A DNA stretch of 64,000 nt from Nitrospinales bacterium (GTDB lineage: Bacteria; Nitrospinota; Nitrospinia; Nitrospinales; VA-1): contig CBDCXL010000002.1 of NCBI GenBank assembly GCA_965223795.1, positions 608,001 to 672,000 on the forward strand, given 5' to 3'. Positions 1 to 8,506 of this stretch are shown here, piece by piece (positions within the stretch are counted from its first letter, which is position 1; the number at the start of each line of letters is the position of its first letter). The position numbers and the translations under genes were made by a program. Below the pieces are notes generated by a model that searched no databases, was not told the DNA's origin, and saw only the letters and a list, made by a program, of their open reading frames with translations.

Positions 1-1396
1 CATAAACACCGTCCAGTGCAGGATCGATGTTTTTCTTCTTCATCTTCGCGCCGATGTCTTCGCGGTTGATCGCAACCGGTTTGTCCGAGTTGGTATCCCA
101 CACGACGAAATCGGGCATCTTGTCACGGTTGAAGTTGGCCATCCACTTCGTGGTCGCTCCATCCTTCGGCAGGGCCTGAGCCTTGTAGCCGGGGATGAAA
201 TCGTCCGGATGCAGACGGATCAGGTTGTCCGTTCGCACCAGAAGCGGCATGTCGGTGTACTCCTTAACGTAGTCCACATCGACCAGACCTTCTTCCATGA
301 TGATCTTCGCACAGCCCAGAAAGATGGAGATGTCCGAAAGACCCGCACGCACCGGAACCCAGTAGTCCGCCTTGGTTGCCGGCGGGTTGTACTCCGGAGC
401 GATCGCAACGAGCGTGCCGCCGCGTTCCATGATCTCCGTGTACCAGTGGGCTTCCGGCATCTTGTTCTCGATCAGGTTCTTACCCCACTGAATCGTCATC
501 TTCGCATACCGGTGGTCGGCGAAGTCGATGTCGGAGGTCTGCATTCCGTGCGTCCAGGAATGCCCCGGCGCCTGGTCGCCGTGCCAGGTGTAGTTCGACC
601 ATGCGCGGCCGCCCAATACCTGTCCCGGTCCCCGGCCCCGAATGATCGAGTCCAGAAGGGCCACCTGGTTGCCCAGGCGGTAAATGCCGTACTTGCCGAT
701 AACGCCGAGAAGTCCCATGCCGCCGCGGTACTTGAAAGTACGCGGGCCGGAACCGCCCATCGCTTCGATCATTTCAGGCTGATAACCTTCGTTCTTCAGG
801 CGCTGGGCACCGCGGGCGCCGCTGTATGCTTTTGCAACGGCCACGTGGCCTTTCGCCAGATAGGTGAAGGTCTGATCCCAGGTCAAACGGACGAACTCGT
901 CCGTGCCCCGGCTGGTGAACTTATATTTTTCGCGGTTTTCTTTATCCAGAAACGGAAAACCGTCGTCCGCCCACTGTTTCCAGCCGACGCGGATCATCGG
1001 ATACTTGTTCCGATAAGGTCCGTACGCCCGGCGGGGATAGGTCATGCCACGCAGACACATGCGCGGGTTCCACGCTGCGTCGGCCTGGTTGCCGTAAAGG
1101 TCGCGGACTTTGTGATGATCGTAGTTCTGCTCGATACGCATCAGGATGCCGTTACGAACGAATCCGCGTACGCGGCACTGATGGGTGTCGTTGGGCGAAC
1201 AGCAGTAGGTGAAAGACCGCTCATACTTGTACTGATCGCGGTACACTTCCTCCCAACGCCGGTCGGGATAGGATTCCAACGGGTTTCCTACCTTCACTAC
1301 GGGCTTTAACTGAGCTCCTACCTTCTTGCTGGAAAGGGCCATAGCTGTCGCTACACCAGCACTCACCTGCAAGAATTTCCTTCTGTTTAACCTCAT
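1..1396 (-). CDS. nxrA: Nitrite oxidoreductase alpha subunit (periplasmic, Nitrospina/Nitrospira/anammox type), 5' part; runs off the window
   Basis: Manual translation from ATG 1396: MRLNRRKFLQVSAG (Tat motif), FS0 motif CSPNDTHQC...PRMCLRG, WSNYTWHGDQAPG, GKNLIENKMPEAHW. SD AAGGGAGG upstream. Frame open to the window edge, so absent from the ORF track. Confidence 0.95.
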   Translation of the reverse strand, partial: MRLNRRKFLQVSAGVATAMALSSKKVGAQLKPVVKVGNPLESYPDRRWEEVYRDQYKYERSFTYCCSPNDTHQCRVRGFVRNGILMRIEQNYDHHKVRDLYGNQADAAWNPRMCLRGMTYPRRAYGPYRNKYPMIRVGWKQWADDGFPFLDKENREKYKFTSRGTDEFVRLTWDQTFTYLAKGHVAVAKAYSGARGAQRLKNEGYQPEMIEAMGGSGPRTFKYRGGMGLLGVIGKYGIYRLGNQVALLDSIIRGRGPGQVLGGRAWSNYTWHGDQAPGHSWTHGMQTSDIDFADHRYAKMTIQWGKNLIENKMPEAHWYTEIMERGGTLVAIAPEYNPPATKADYWVPVRAGLSDISIFLGCAKIIMEEGLVDVDYVKEYTDMPLLVRTDNLIRLHPDDFIPGYKAQALPKDGATTKWMANFNRDKMPDFVVWDTNSDKPVAINREDIGAKMKKKNIDPALDGVY

Positions 1397-1569
1397 AAAA
1401 CTTGCCCTCCCTTTTGGCTTTTTTCAAATACAGCCAATGGAATTAATGTTTGAGCTCTGTTTACAACAGCACACTTCCTGTATGCCTTCGAAAATACCCT
1501 CCCTTCTTGAAATAGTCGTTTCACTTATAACTCACATTCGTGGGTCACGAATTAACATGATCGGCCGGA

Positions 1570-2790
1570 TCAACCGACTCCGGCCCTCAACTCATACACT
1601 TCGATGCAACGGTCACAGGCCCCGTCCTTGCTTTCCCAGTCGGGAAAATCAATCTGGATGGCCTCGATGACCATTTCATCGCAGATACTCTCGGGATCGT
1701 CCACCCAGTTGTAAGTGGGAAACTTGCACAACGGGCACGGGGATCCCTGCAAATGGATATAGTCTCTCTCCTCTTCCGCCAACTCCGCTTCATCAACATA
1801 CTTGGCCATCAGCGTGTCCAGATCGGTGGCCATCGACAACAATTCCTCATGGGTGAACACTTCGGTGCGCCACAAGCCTTCGAAGATACCCTTACGCTGA
1901 CCATCCGGAATTTTGCGGTAAAAGTTGTCGAATTCGCGGTAGCGGGATTCTTTGGACATAACGGACACAACGCCCATTCTGGCCAATCGCGCATCCACAT
2001 AAACGTTCCACAACAGGCGGAAGCGTGCGGTGATCATGTTCTTGACCGACGGATTACCGGGAATGAAGGAATCCTCGTAGTCAAACTCAGGATCGACCAT
2101 ATCCTTCGCATGCATGAACTCGTGGATGAGAAACGCATCCAGCTCCTGGACTTCCTCAGGATTGCTGAAACGGCTCGCCAGAACCCGCATCTCGATGATG
2201 GGCTTGTTGGAGGTTCGCGCCAGAACATTCGAACCTTCATCAACCTTGTTGATCGCCCGTTTGACCGTGACCTCCTGAATTCGTTCTTCAAAGTCACGCG
2301 CCAGATCGTAGGCGATCTCGCCTTCATCGATGTCGTCTTGGGGCTGATCTGAAACTTCGGAAGCGTCTTCTTGGGTGGGGACAGGCTGATCCTGCTCGGT
2401 GGGAGTGCTTTCTAGGGTTTCGCCTTGGGATGCTTCCGGGGAAGAAGCGTCTTCTTCTAGGGTTTCGCCGGACGTTTCTTCCGCTGATGGATCCTGCAAC
2501 TGGTGGGATTGAGGAGCCTTATTGCGGCCAACGGAGCGCTGACTCTTTGGAATCAGGCCAACCGCCTCTAAGGCTCGCAGCACATGTTCCCCGAGTTTCA
2601 GCTTCTCTATGAAGAACAGGCGGTTTACTTTCTCAAACGCCTCTTCGCGGTCGTCCTCGGGGAGTTCGTATATGGGGTCCGCAAGGGAATGGTATTCATC
2701 ATAATCGGCACGGAACCCGGAACGCTCATGGTGGTTCAGGTGCCTGAATACGGCTTCTTCCATCAATTGCGGGCTGTAGGTAACTTTCAT
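1570..2790 (-). CDS. Hypothetical protein with HExxH motif, C-terminal CxxC...CxxC and an acidic low-complexity insert
   Basis: 406-aa ORF: LIHEFMH, CPLC...CDRC; sigma70 promoter upstream. Confidence 0.85.
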   Translation of the reverse strand: MKVTYSPQLMEEAVFRHLNHHERSGFRADYDEYHSLADPIYELPEDDREEAFEKVNRLFFIEKLKLGEHVLRALEAVGLIPKSQRSVGRNKAPQSHQLQDPSAEETSGETLEEDASSPEASQGETLESTPTEQDQPVPTQEDASEVSDQPQDDIDEGEIAYDLARDFEERIQEVTVKRAINKVDEGSNVLARTSNKPIIEMRVLASRFSNPEEVQELDAFLIHEFMHAKDMVDPEFDYEDSFIPGNPSVKNMITARFRLLWNVYVDARLARMGVVSVMSKESRYREFDNFYRKIPDGQRKGIFEGLWRTEVFTHEELLSMATDLDTLMAKYVDEAELAEEERDYIHLQGSPCPLCKFPTYNWVDDPESICDEMVIEAIQIDFPDWESKDGACDRCIEVYELRAGVG

Positions 2791-2876
2791 CTGCCCATTT
2801 CTATTAAGATAAAGCGGTCAGCGTGCAAGGATCGATATTAAGTTTTCCCGGCGTCTTTTTACCCTAGATGGAGTAA

Positions 2877-2905
2877 GTTATATGTAACTTCAAAGCCATT
2901 GTCAA
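2877..2905 (-). promoter_or_regulatory. sigma70 promoter for the 406-aa gene (possibly also nxrA)
   Basis: Minus strand TTGACA-N17-TATAAC; inverted repeat AAGTTA-N4-TAACTT (2875-2890) overlaps the -10. Confidence 0.7.
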
Positions 2906-3235
2906 GACAAACCCATCATTTTTTTTGGGGAAAAACTGGGGAAAAACTTTGAATTTTCCCGCCTCTTCGGCACGCGAGGAGAGATTTTTTCTACTGCGAT
3001 CCCATTTGCCAACAACTATTTGATTTGCCTAAAGTTTTTACAAAAAAACAGTGCGATAGAAAGGTTTTTCAGACACATCGGGCGGGAACCCACTGGCCTT
3101 GATCTCAAAATCCACAATATGGATCACAGCCCCTTATCACAATTCCTAATTTCTCACTAAAAATCCGGAATCACGATCCCGCCCTCAATTCAGAGACTTG
3201 TGCCGGACAGCCTGACCGGCTTTTGTTCGGACTGC

Positions 3236-5836
3236 CTATTTTTTATCGACAGCATCTTTCAGCTTGTCGATTTCCTGGATCATCTTCATGAAATGCTCGG
3301 GGTCGCCCAGCTCTTTGGCCACCGCACGGGCATTTTCGAGGTATTTCTCCCCCGGGTCCTTCCTGCTGAGCAGGATTTCCATGCGAGCCACGGTTAAAAG
3401 CAACTGGATCTGATGCGAAAGGGCCCTGGCTTCGGCAAACGTTTCCGCAGCCTGGTCGAAGTAGGACTCCCCCTCCTCAAATTGGATCTCCTTGAAATGG
3501 AGGTTCCCCAGATAGGTCAGATCCTGAGCGCATCCGATTTTATCTCCTATTTCCCGCGTCAGAGCCAATGCCTTGAGATACAGTTGTTTGGCCTTGACCC
3601 GGTCGCCGTTGCTGAAACTCAGGTTGGCGAGGTTGCGGTAATCCTCAGCCATTCCCTGCTTGTCTTTATTCCTTTCGACAATATCGAAAGATTCCTGATA
3701 TCTGGTTTCGGCTTTTTCTTTATATCCACGTTCCAGAAAATACTGGCCGAGGCTTCTGAGATCGATGCTGATTTCCTTGTCGTCTTTGAGCGCCCTTGCG
3801 AACTCCAGGGCTTTCTCAAGATAGGACTGCTGATTCGGCCGGTCTTTCTTCTCTGAATAGATGTTTGCCAGATTGCGGCAATCGTAGCAGGCGGCACGCA
3901 GGTTTTTGCTTTCCTCGGCAATTTCAAGAGCCTTCAGGGCGTACTGCTCCGCCCGGCCCCAGTCCTCCTTCTGCACGTACAGCGCATACAGGTTCCTGTG
4001 GTCTTCGCTCATCTCCACCCGGTTGCCTGCCTGCTCGTCGAGCTTGAGCGCCTCCAGGTAATTGCGTTCCGCGCCGGCAAAATCGGTCTTGTTGAGACAC
4101 ATGTCCCCCAGACTGCGGTGATCTTCGACCTGACCGCGGCTGTCGCCCTGCCCTTCATGGAAGGCGATGGATTTTTTCATCCACTTTTCGGCGGCATCAA
4201 ATTTATTGAGCTGGACGAACATCTTCGCCCGGCTGCGGTAGAGTTCGCCCAGCCCCTGCCTGTCGCCGAGCTTTTCCTTGATGGCGATCGCCTGGCCGTA
4301 GGACTCACCGGCTTTTTGATATTCCTTTTTCTCCTGCAGGACTCCGGCAAGGCTCTCCAGAACGGCGGCCTTCACGCCTTCGTCCTTGGACATTTCCGGC
4401 AGGGCGAGGGCTTTTTCAAACGCAGCGACGGCTTCATCGAGCTGCCCCGCCATGAAATGCACGTTGGCCAGCTCGGTCATGAGGCTCATCTTTGCGGCGG
4501 GGTCCTTTTCGACGTCCGGGCTTTCCAGCAGGGAGGCGATGTCTTCCTGCCTCTGGGACAGGTATTTGGGCTGCGCCATGATGTAGACGAGCTTGTCCTG
4601 CACCTGCTGGGTGCTGCGGCTGTCTTTCATGGCGTCGTACAGGGAGTTGGCGCGGATGAAATAGGACTCGGCGTCCCTGTATTCCTCTTTTTTCATCAGG
4701 ATGTCGCCGATGGCCTCGCACTGCTGCGCCATGCCGGGACGGTTTTCCAGCTTCTCCATGATCTCGAGCGACTGCCGATACAACTCCAGCGCGGGCTCCC
4801 ACTCTTCCTTAAGGGTGCGCACCTGCCCGAGGTTGGCAAAACTGCGCGCCTCGCCCAACGCATCGCCCAGGGCGCTCATGATTTTGCGGGAATCTTCGTA
4901 GTACTCCAGCGCCTGATCGAGGTTTTTCTTGTGCAGGCATATGTTGCCGAGGCTGCCCAGAAGGTAGGACTGACGGCGCTGGTCCTTGCCTTCCTGAACG
5001 ATCTTCAAGGCCTTGCGGAAATTTTCCTCGGCGCTGTCGAGGTATTCCGGGCCGCCTTTCTGCGCCAGTTGCAGGCAGGCTCCGCCCAGATTGCCGTAAC
5101 AGATGCCGGCGGACTGGGTGTCCCCCAGTTCTTCATAAAGGGCGATGGATTTTTCTATGGTCTCGGCGACCTTGTCCATTCGGGCGGATTTGAAATAGAT
5201 CTCCTCAAGCTCCTGATAGCGGGCCAGCAATTCTTTTTTGTCGCCGGATTGCGCCAGAGAGTTGATGGTCTTGAGCAGCGCGGTCTCCTGCTGCGCGAGA
5301 TAGCGGGTGTTCTTCTGGATGGATTCGACTTTATCGTTGAGCGCGTCGATCCGCTCCTTGTCTTTTTCCGGGTCCAGGCTCGCATGCGCCTTCTGGAAGT
5401 AATCCTTCGCGGTGTCGAATTCCTCTTTCTGCATGTGAACGTTGCCGAGGTACTCATAATAGACCGCCTGGCCGCCGGTGTCGTTCGCCTTGACCATGAG
5501 CTGCAAGGCTTTGTGGTAATTTTCCTCGGCCTTGTCCAGGCTGCCTTTGTACAGATACACCGAACCCAGGTTGCCGAGGGAGCTTTCGATGCCTTTCAGA
5601 TCCTCCACTTTTTCCATCAGCGCCAAAGACTGGGAATAGTAGTCCTCCGCCTTGTCCAGCTTGCGGCTCTGAAAACAGATATTCCCCAGGTTGCCGAGCA
5701 CATAGGCCTGGCCGGTTTCGTCGCCCGACTGATGCATGAACTTGAGGGCCTTGAGAAAATGGGATTCCGCTTCTTTCAAATCGTTTTTTTCCAGCGAGGC
5801 GTAACCGAGTTTTTCGTATTTTCTTCCGTCTTCCAT
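3236..5836 (-). CDS. Large tetratricopeptide-repeat protein
   Basis: Many TPR units (GNLG...A..YY..AL). Start placed at ATG 5836 (5866 is an alternative) because the promoter at 5969-5997 lies inside the ORF-track extension. Confidence 0.9.
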   Translation of the reverse strand: MEDGRKYEKLGYASLEKNDLKEAESHFLKALKFMHQSGDETGQAYVLGNLGNICFQSRKLDKAEDYYSQSLALMEKVEDLKGIESSLGNLGSVYLYKGSLDKAEENYHKALQLMVKANDTGGQAVYYEYLGNVHMQKEEFDTAKDYFQKAHASLDPEKDKERIDALNDKVESIQKNTRYLAQQETALLKTINSLAQSGDKKELLARYQELEEIYFKSARMDKVAETIEKSIALYEELGDTQSAGICYGNLGGACLQLAQKGGPEYLDSAEENFRKALKIVQEGKDQRRQSYLLGSLGNICLHKKNLDQALEYYEDSRKIMSALGDALGEARSFANLGQVRTLKEEWEPALELYRQSLEIMEKLENRPGMAQQCEAIGDILMKKEEYRDAESYFIRANSLYDAMKDSRSTQQVQDKLVYIMAQPKYLSQRQEDIASLLESPDVEKDPAAKMSLMTELANVHFMAGQLDEAVAAFEKALALPEMSKDEGVKAAVLESLAGVLQEKKEYQKAGESYGQAIAIKEKLGDRQGLGELYRSRAKMFVQLNKFDAAEKWMKKSIAFHEGQGDSRGQVEDHRSLGDMCLNKTDFAGAERNYLEALKLDEQAGNRVEMSEDHRNLYALYVQKEDWGRAEQYALKALEIAEESKNLRAACYDCRNLANIYSEKKDRPNQQSYLEKALEFARALKDDKEISIDLRSLGQYFLERGYKEKAETRYQESFDIVERNKDKQGMAEDYRNLANLSFSNGDRVKAKQLYLKALALTREIGDKIGCAQDLTYLGNLHFKEIQFEEGESYFDQAAETFAEARALSHQIQLLLTVARMEILLSRKDPGEKYLENARAVAKELGDPEHFMKMIQEIDKLKDAVDKK

Positions 5837-5968
5837 CGGGCAATCACTTAAAAGAGAGGTTGTCATCGGAAGGGACACAGACACGCTGGGACCCCGAAGA
5901 TGAAGAAAGACCCGGCGAACAAAACGCTGCGGCGGCCTGATCTTGTTGTAGAAAGTGAATGATATCGA

Positions 5969-5997
5969 ATTATATTGCCCGGAAAGAGAGGTGTCAA
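5969..5997 (-). promoter_or_regulatory. Consensus sigma70 promoter for the TPR gene
   Basis: Minus strand TTGACA-N17-TATAAT, perfect match. Confidence 0.8.
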
Positions 5998-6110
5998 CAT
6001 GAGGCCCAAGGGATGGACCGGCACCCATTATAGCGCATCCGAATTTTAATGTGTTTGTTTTTTATGGAATATCAATCAGTTTTTGAATATCCGCAATCGG
6101 CAGGCAGGCA

Positions 6111-6140
6111 TTGACATCGACGGGATGTGCTTTTTATAAT
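6111..6140 (+). promoter_or_regulatory. Consensus sigma70 promoter for the 657-aa gene
   Basis: TTGACA-N18-TATAAT, 38 nt upstream of ATG 6179. Confidence 0.8.
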
Positions 6141-6178
6141 CCATCTTTGTTTTCCCCCTGAAACGCGAACCCACTCTT

Positions 6179-8152
6179 ATGTCCGATCTCGATAAGCTCG
6201 TATCCATTCTCGACCGTCCGCACACGCTTTCGTTCGATTCCAGCAAGTCCGCCGCCGAGGCGCTCAAGGCCTGCCAGTCCGAACTCAACAGCAGCACCCT
6301 GGACGGCGCCACGTACTGGCACCTGGGAGAGCAGCCGGGAGCGGCGGCGACCCGCATCAAGAAGTACCCCACCGGGCACAAGGCGTTTTATTCGCCCGAG
6401 GGGATGCGGTTTCTCACCACGGACCCGGAGGGCGAACCGCTCAACGAAAGCGACTGGGTTCAGGATGCGGAGTTCGGTGGACTCCGTCTCAACCGGGTGC
6501 GGATGCAGCTCGATTCCAAGCAGTGGATCGGCCTGGTGCCGCGGGCCAAGTCTTTCAAGACCGAGATCGACATCAAGGGGCAGCCGGGCTGGCAGGAGAT
6601 GCAACTAGACGATCTGCGCAAAAAGGCCGCCGAGGCCTGGCGGGTGCCGTTTTCGGAAGTGAAGTATTTTTACAACGACAACAACATCGTGCCCAAGGGC
6701 GAGGGCAAGTACGAGATCCATTTGACCAAGGACAGCCTGTACGCCCTGGGCGATGGCGCATTCGACGACAAAAAGCTGTTCATGAGCTTTCTGTTTTCGG
6801 TGAACTGGGAGGATCTGGACCTGATCCCGGTGGTGGAGTTGTTTCAATCGACGCTGCCGGGCAGCGGCGGCGCGTGTTTCGAGTACATCTGGGGGCTGCA
6901 CGAGGATCAGTCGCGCAGCAAAACGCTGGCGCCTTTGCGCTACCGGGGGCTTCCCACCTACCCCTCGAAAGAAGCGTTCAACATTTTCTGCGCTTTTTTC
7001 ACGCCCAAAGGGCCCGAAGGCACGGCGGATCAGGACATCTACAAGATCTTCATGAACGCGGACACCTCGCACCAGATCGAATGGACGCCGAAACCCAACC
7101 CGCCCTGGCGCTATTTCAGCGCCACGCACGAACTGACGCTCACCATCCAGGACGGCCTGCTGTACAAAGTGACGGTGCTCAACGACCCGGTGCCGATCCC
7201 GTACGTCAACCGCGAGCTGGGGGGCAAGCCGTCGTGCCAGCGGGAGCTGGTGGTGCGGACCAACGAATTCGAACTGCTGGACGGCCCAAAGCTGCGCGAG
7301 GTGCCGTTCTACCCGGCCTGGCCCATCAAACCGCAGACCAACACGCCGCGGCCGCCGGAAAAGGTTCCCTTCGACTGGAAATGGTTCTTCAACGGGTTCC
7401 CGCCGCAGGTGGACCCGGTCAAGGCGCTGCACACGGTGCCCTTCTACCCGGAAGGGGCGCAGGAAATCGACGAATCGGCGCTGCAGCCGATGGTGCTGGA
7501 TCAGATTTTCTATTACATGGAAATGTCGCCGGGCATGCCGGCCAAACTGGAAAAGGTGGAGAAGGTCCTCATCCACACCTTCGACACGGTCATCGCCGGC
7601 TGCGTGGACTGCACGCACGAACGGGAATACACGGTGCTGTTCAGCGATCCGGAATTCGCGCAGAAAAACGCCTGCCTGTTGTGGAATTACGGCGCCAAGC
7701 GCAAGCAGCTCGACAATCTGAAAAAAGTGTCCTTCCTGCCGGAGCGGGACAACATCCAGGAAGTGTACAAGGAAAAATACGGTCTGGTGTTCAAATGGAT
7801 CCCGTTCATGTATTTCCAGGACCGGGAAGCCTGCGAGAGCATGCTCAAGGCGCTGGTGGACGTGCTCTTGCCGGAGGGCATCCTGTTTCTGGTGGCGCCG
7901 AGGCCCATACAGGGCCTGTTTTCGCATTACGGCCTGGAATGCCTGTACAACGATCCGGTCGTGAACATGCCGTTCTTCAGGCAGCATCTGAAGATGTGCC
8001 CGGAAAACTACGTCAACCCGGAGCTTGCGGTGTTCCTGGCCGAGAAGAAAGAAGTCTCCAAACCCGATGAAGCCCCGCCGCACCCGCCCGCAGAAGAGAA
8101 ACGCGGCGCGCCGCGGCCGATGATCCGCGATTTCCAGCGCAAAATCCATTGA
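6179..8152 (+). CDS. Hypothetical protein; C-terminus resembles a degenerate class I SAM-methyltransferase fold
   Basis: 657-aa ORF with genome-typical codon use; KYGLVF...LKALVDVLLPEGILFL near the C-terminus. Confidence 0.8.
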   Translation: MSDLDKLVSILDRPHTLSFDSSKSAAEALKACQSELNSSTLDGATYWHLGEQPGAAATRIKKYPTGHKAFYSPEGMRFLTTDPEGEPLNESDWVQDAEFGGLRLNRVRMQLDSKQWIGLVPRAKSFKTEIDIKGQPGWQEMQLDDLRKKAAEAWRVPFSEVKYFYNDNNIVPKGEGKYEIHLTKDSLYALGDGAFDDKKLFMSFLFSVNWEDLDLIPVVELFQSTLPGSGGACFEYIWGLHEDQSRSKTLAPLRYRGLPTYPSKEAFNIFCAFFTPKGPEGTADQDIYKIFMNADTSHQIEWTPKPNPPWRYFSATHELTLTIQDGLLYKVTVLNDPVPIPYVNRELGGKPSCQRELVVRTNEFELLDGPKLREVPFYPAWPIKPQTNTPRPPEKVPFDWKWFFNGFPPQVDPVKALHTVPFYPEGAQEIDESALQPMVLDQIFYYMEMSPGMPAKLEKVEKVLIHTFDTVIAGCVDCTHEREYTVLFSDPEFAQKNACLLWNYGAKRKQLDNLKKVSFLPERDNIQEVYKEKYGLVFKWIPFMYFQDREACESMLKALVDVLLPEGILFLVAPRPIQGLFSHYGLECLYNDPVVNMPFFRQHLKMCPENYVNPELAVFLAEKKEVSKPDEAPPHPPAEEKRGAPRPMIRDFQRKIH

Positions 8153-8327
8153 GCCAGGCAGCTTGCCCGGCATTTCCTCAGACCCCGGATTTAAAGAATC
8201 ACCTCAATCCATTCGGATATTCGACGCTCATCCTGCGCGGTGAGACTGTGAGACCGGCGCGCCCTGCCCTGCCGCCCTGCCGAAAACAAGTCCTTGGGCA
8301 TGAACGCGAAGCATGCACTTGGCGAAG

Positions 8328-8430
8328 GTCACCCTGAGCCCTTCGTCCTTCGACAGGCTCAGGACGACAGCTCAGGACAAGCAGGGTCGAAGGGTGCGCG
8401 GAGTCATGCTTCACAGTCTCAGTCTGACAG
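8328..8430. repeat. REP-like palindromic element (family A), with nested insertions
   Basis: GTCACCCTGAGC...GTCGAAGGGTG...TCATGCTTC-ACAG matches the reverse complement of the 61265 copy; an extra CCTTCGACAGGCTCAGG arm lies inside. Confidence 0.75.
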
Positions 8431-8506
8431 TCACACTTCCTGACACAAGGTTCCTTGACTGCTTTCAGTTGTTACGTGTCAATCGTGAGAGGAAGGGAGT
8501 GGCAAT

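Noticed and set aside
209..1309. 366-aa + strand ORF
   Set aside because: Antisense shadow of nxrA. The many other long opposite-strand ORFs (e.g. 3998-5851, 8537-10402, 22092-24662) are likewise GC-rich shadows of recognisable genes.
1424..1474. Cys-rich minus-strand uORF (MCCCKQSSNINSIGCI) in the nxrA leader
   Set aside because: GTG start with no properly spaced SD; an ORF this short is easily due to chance.
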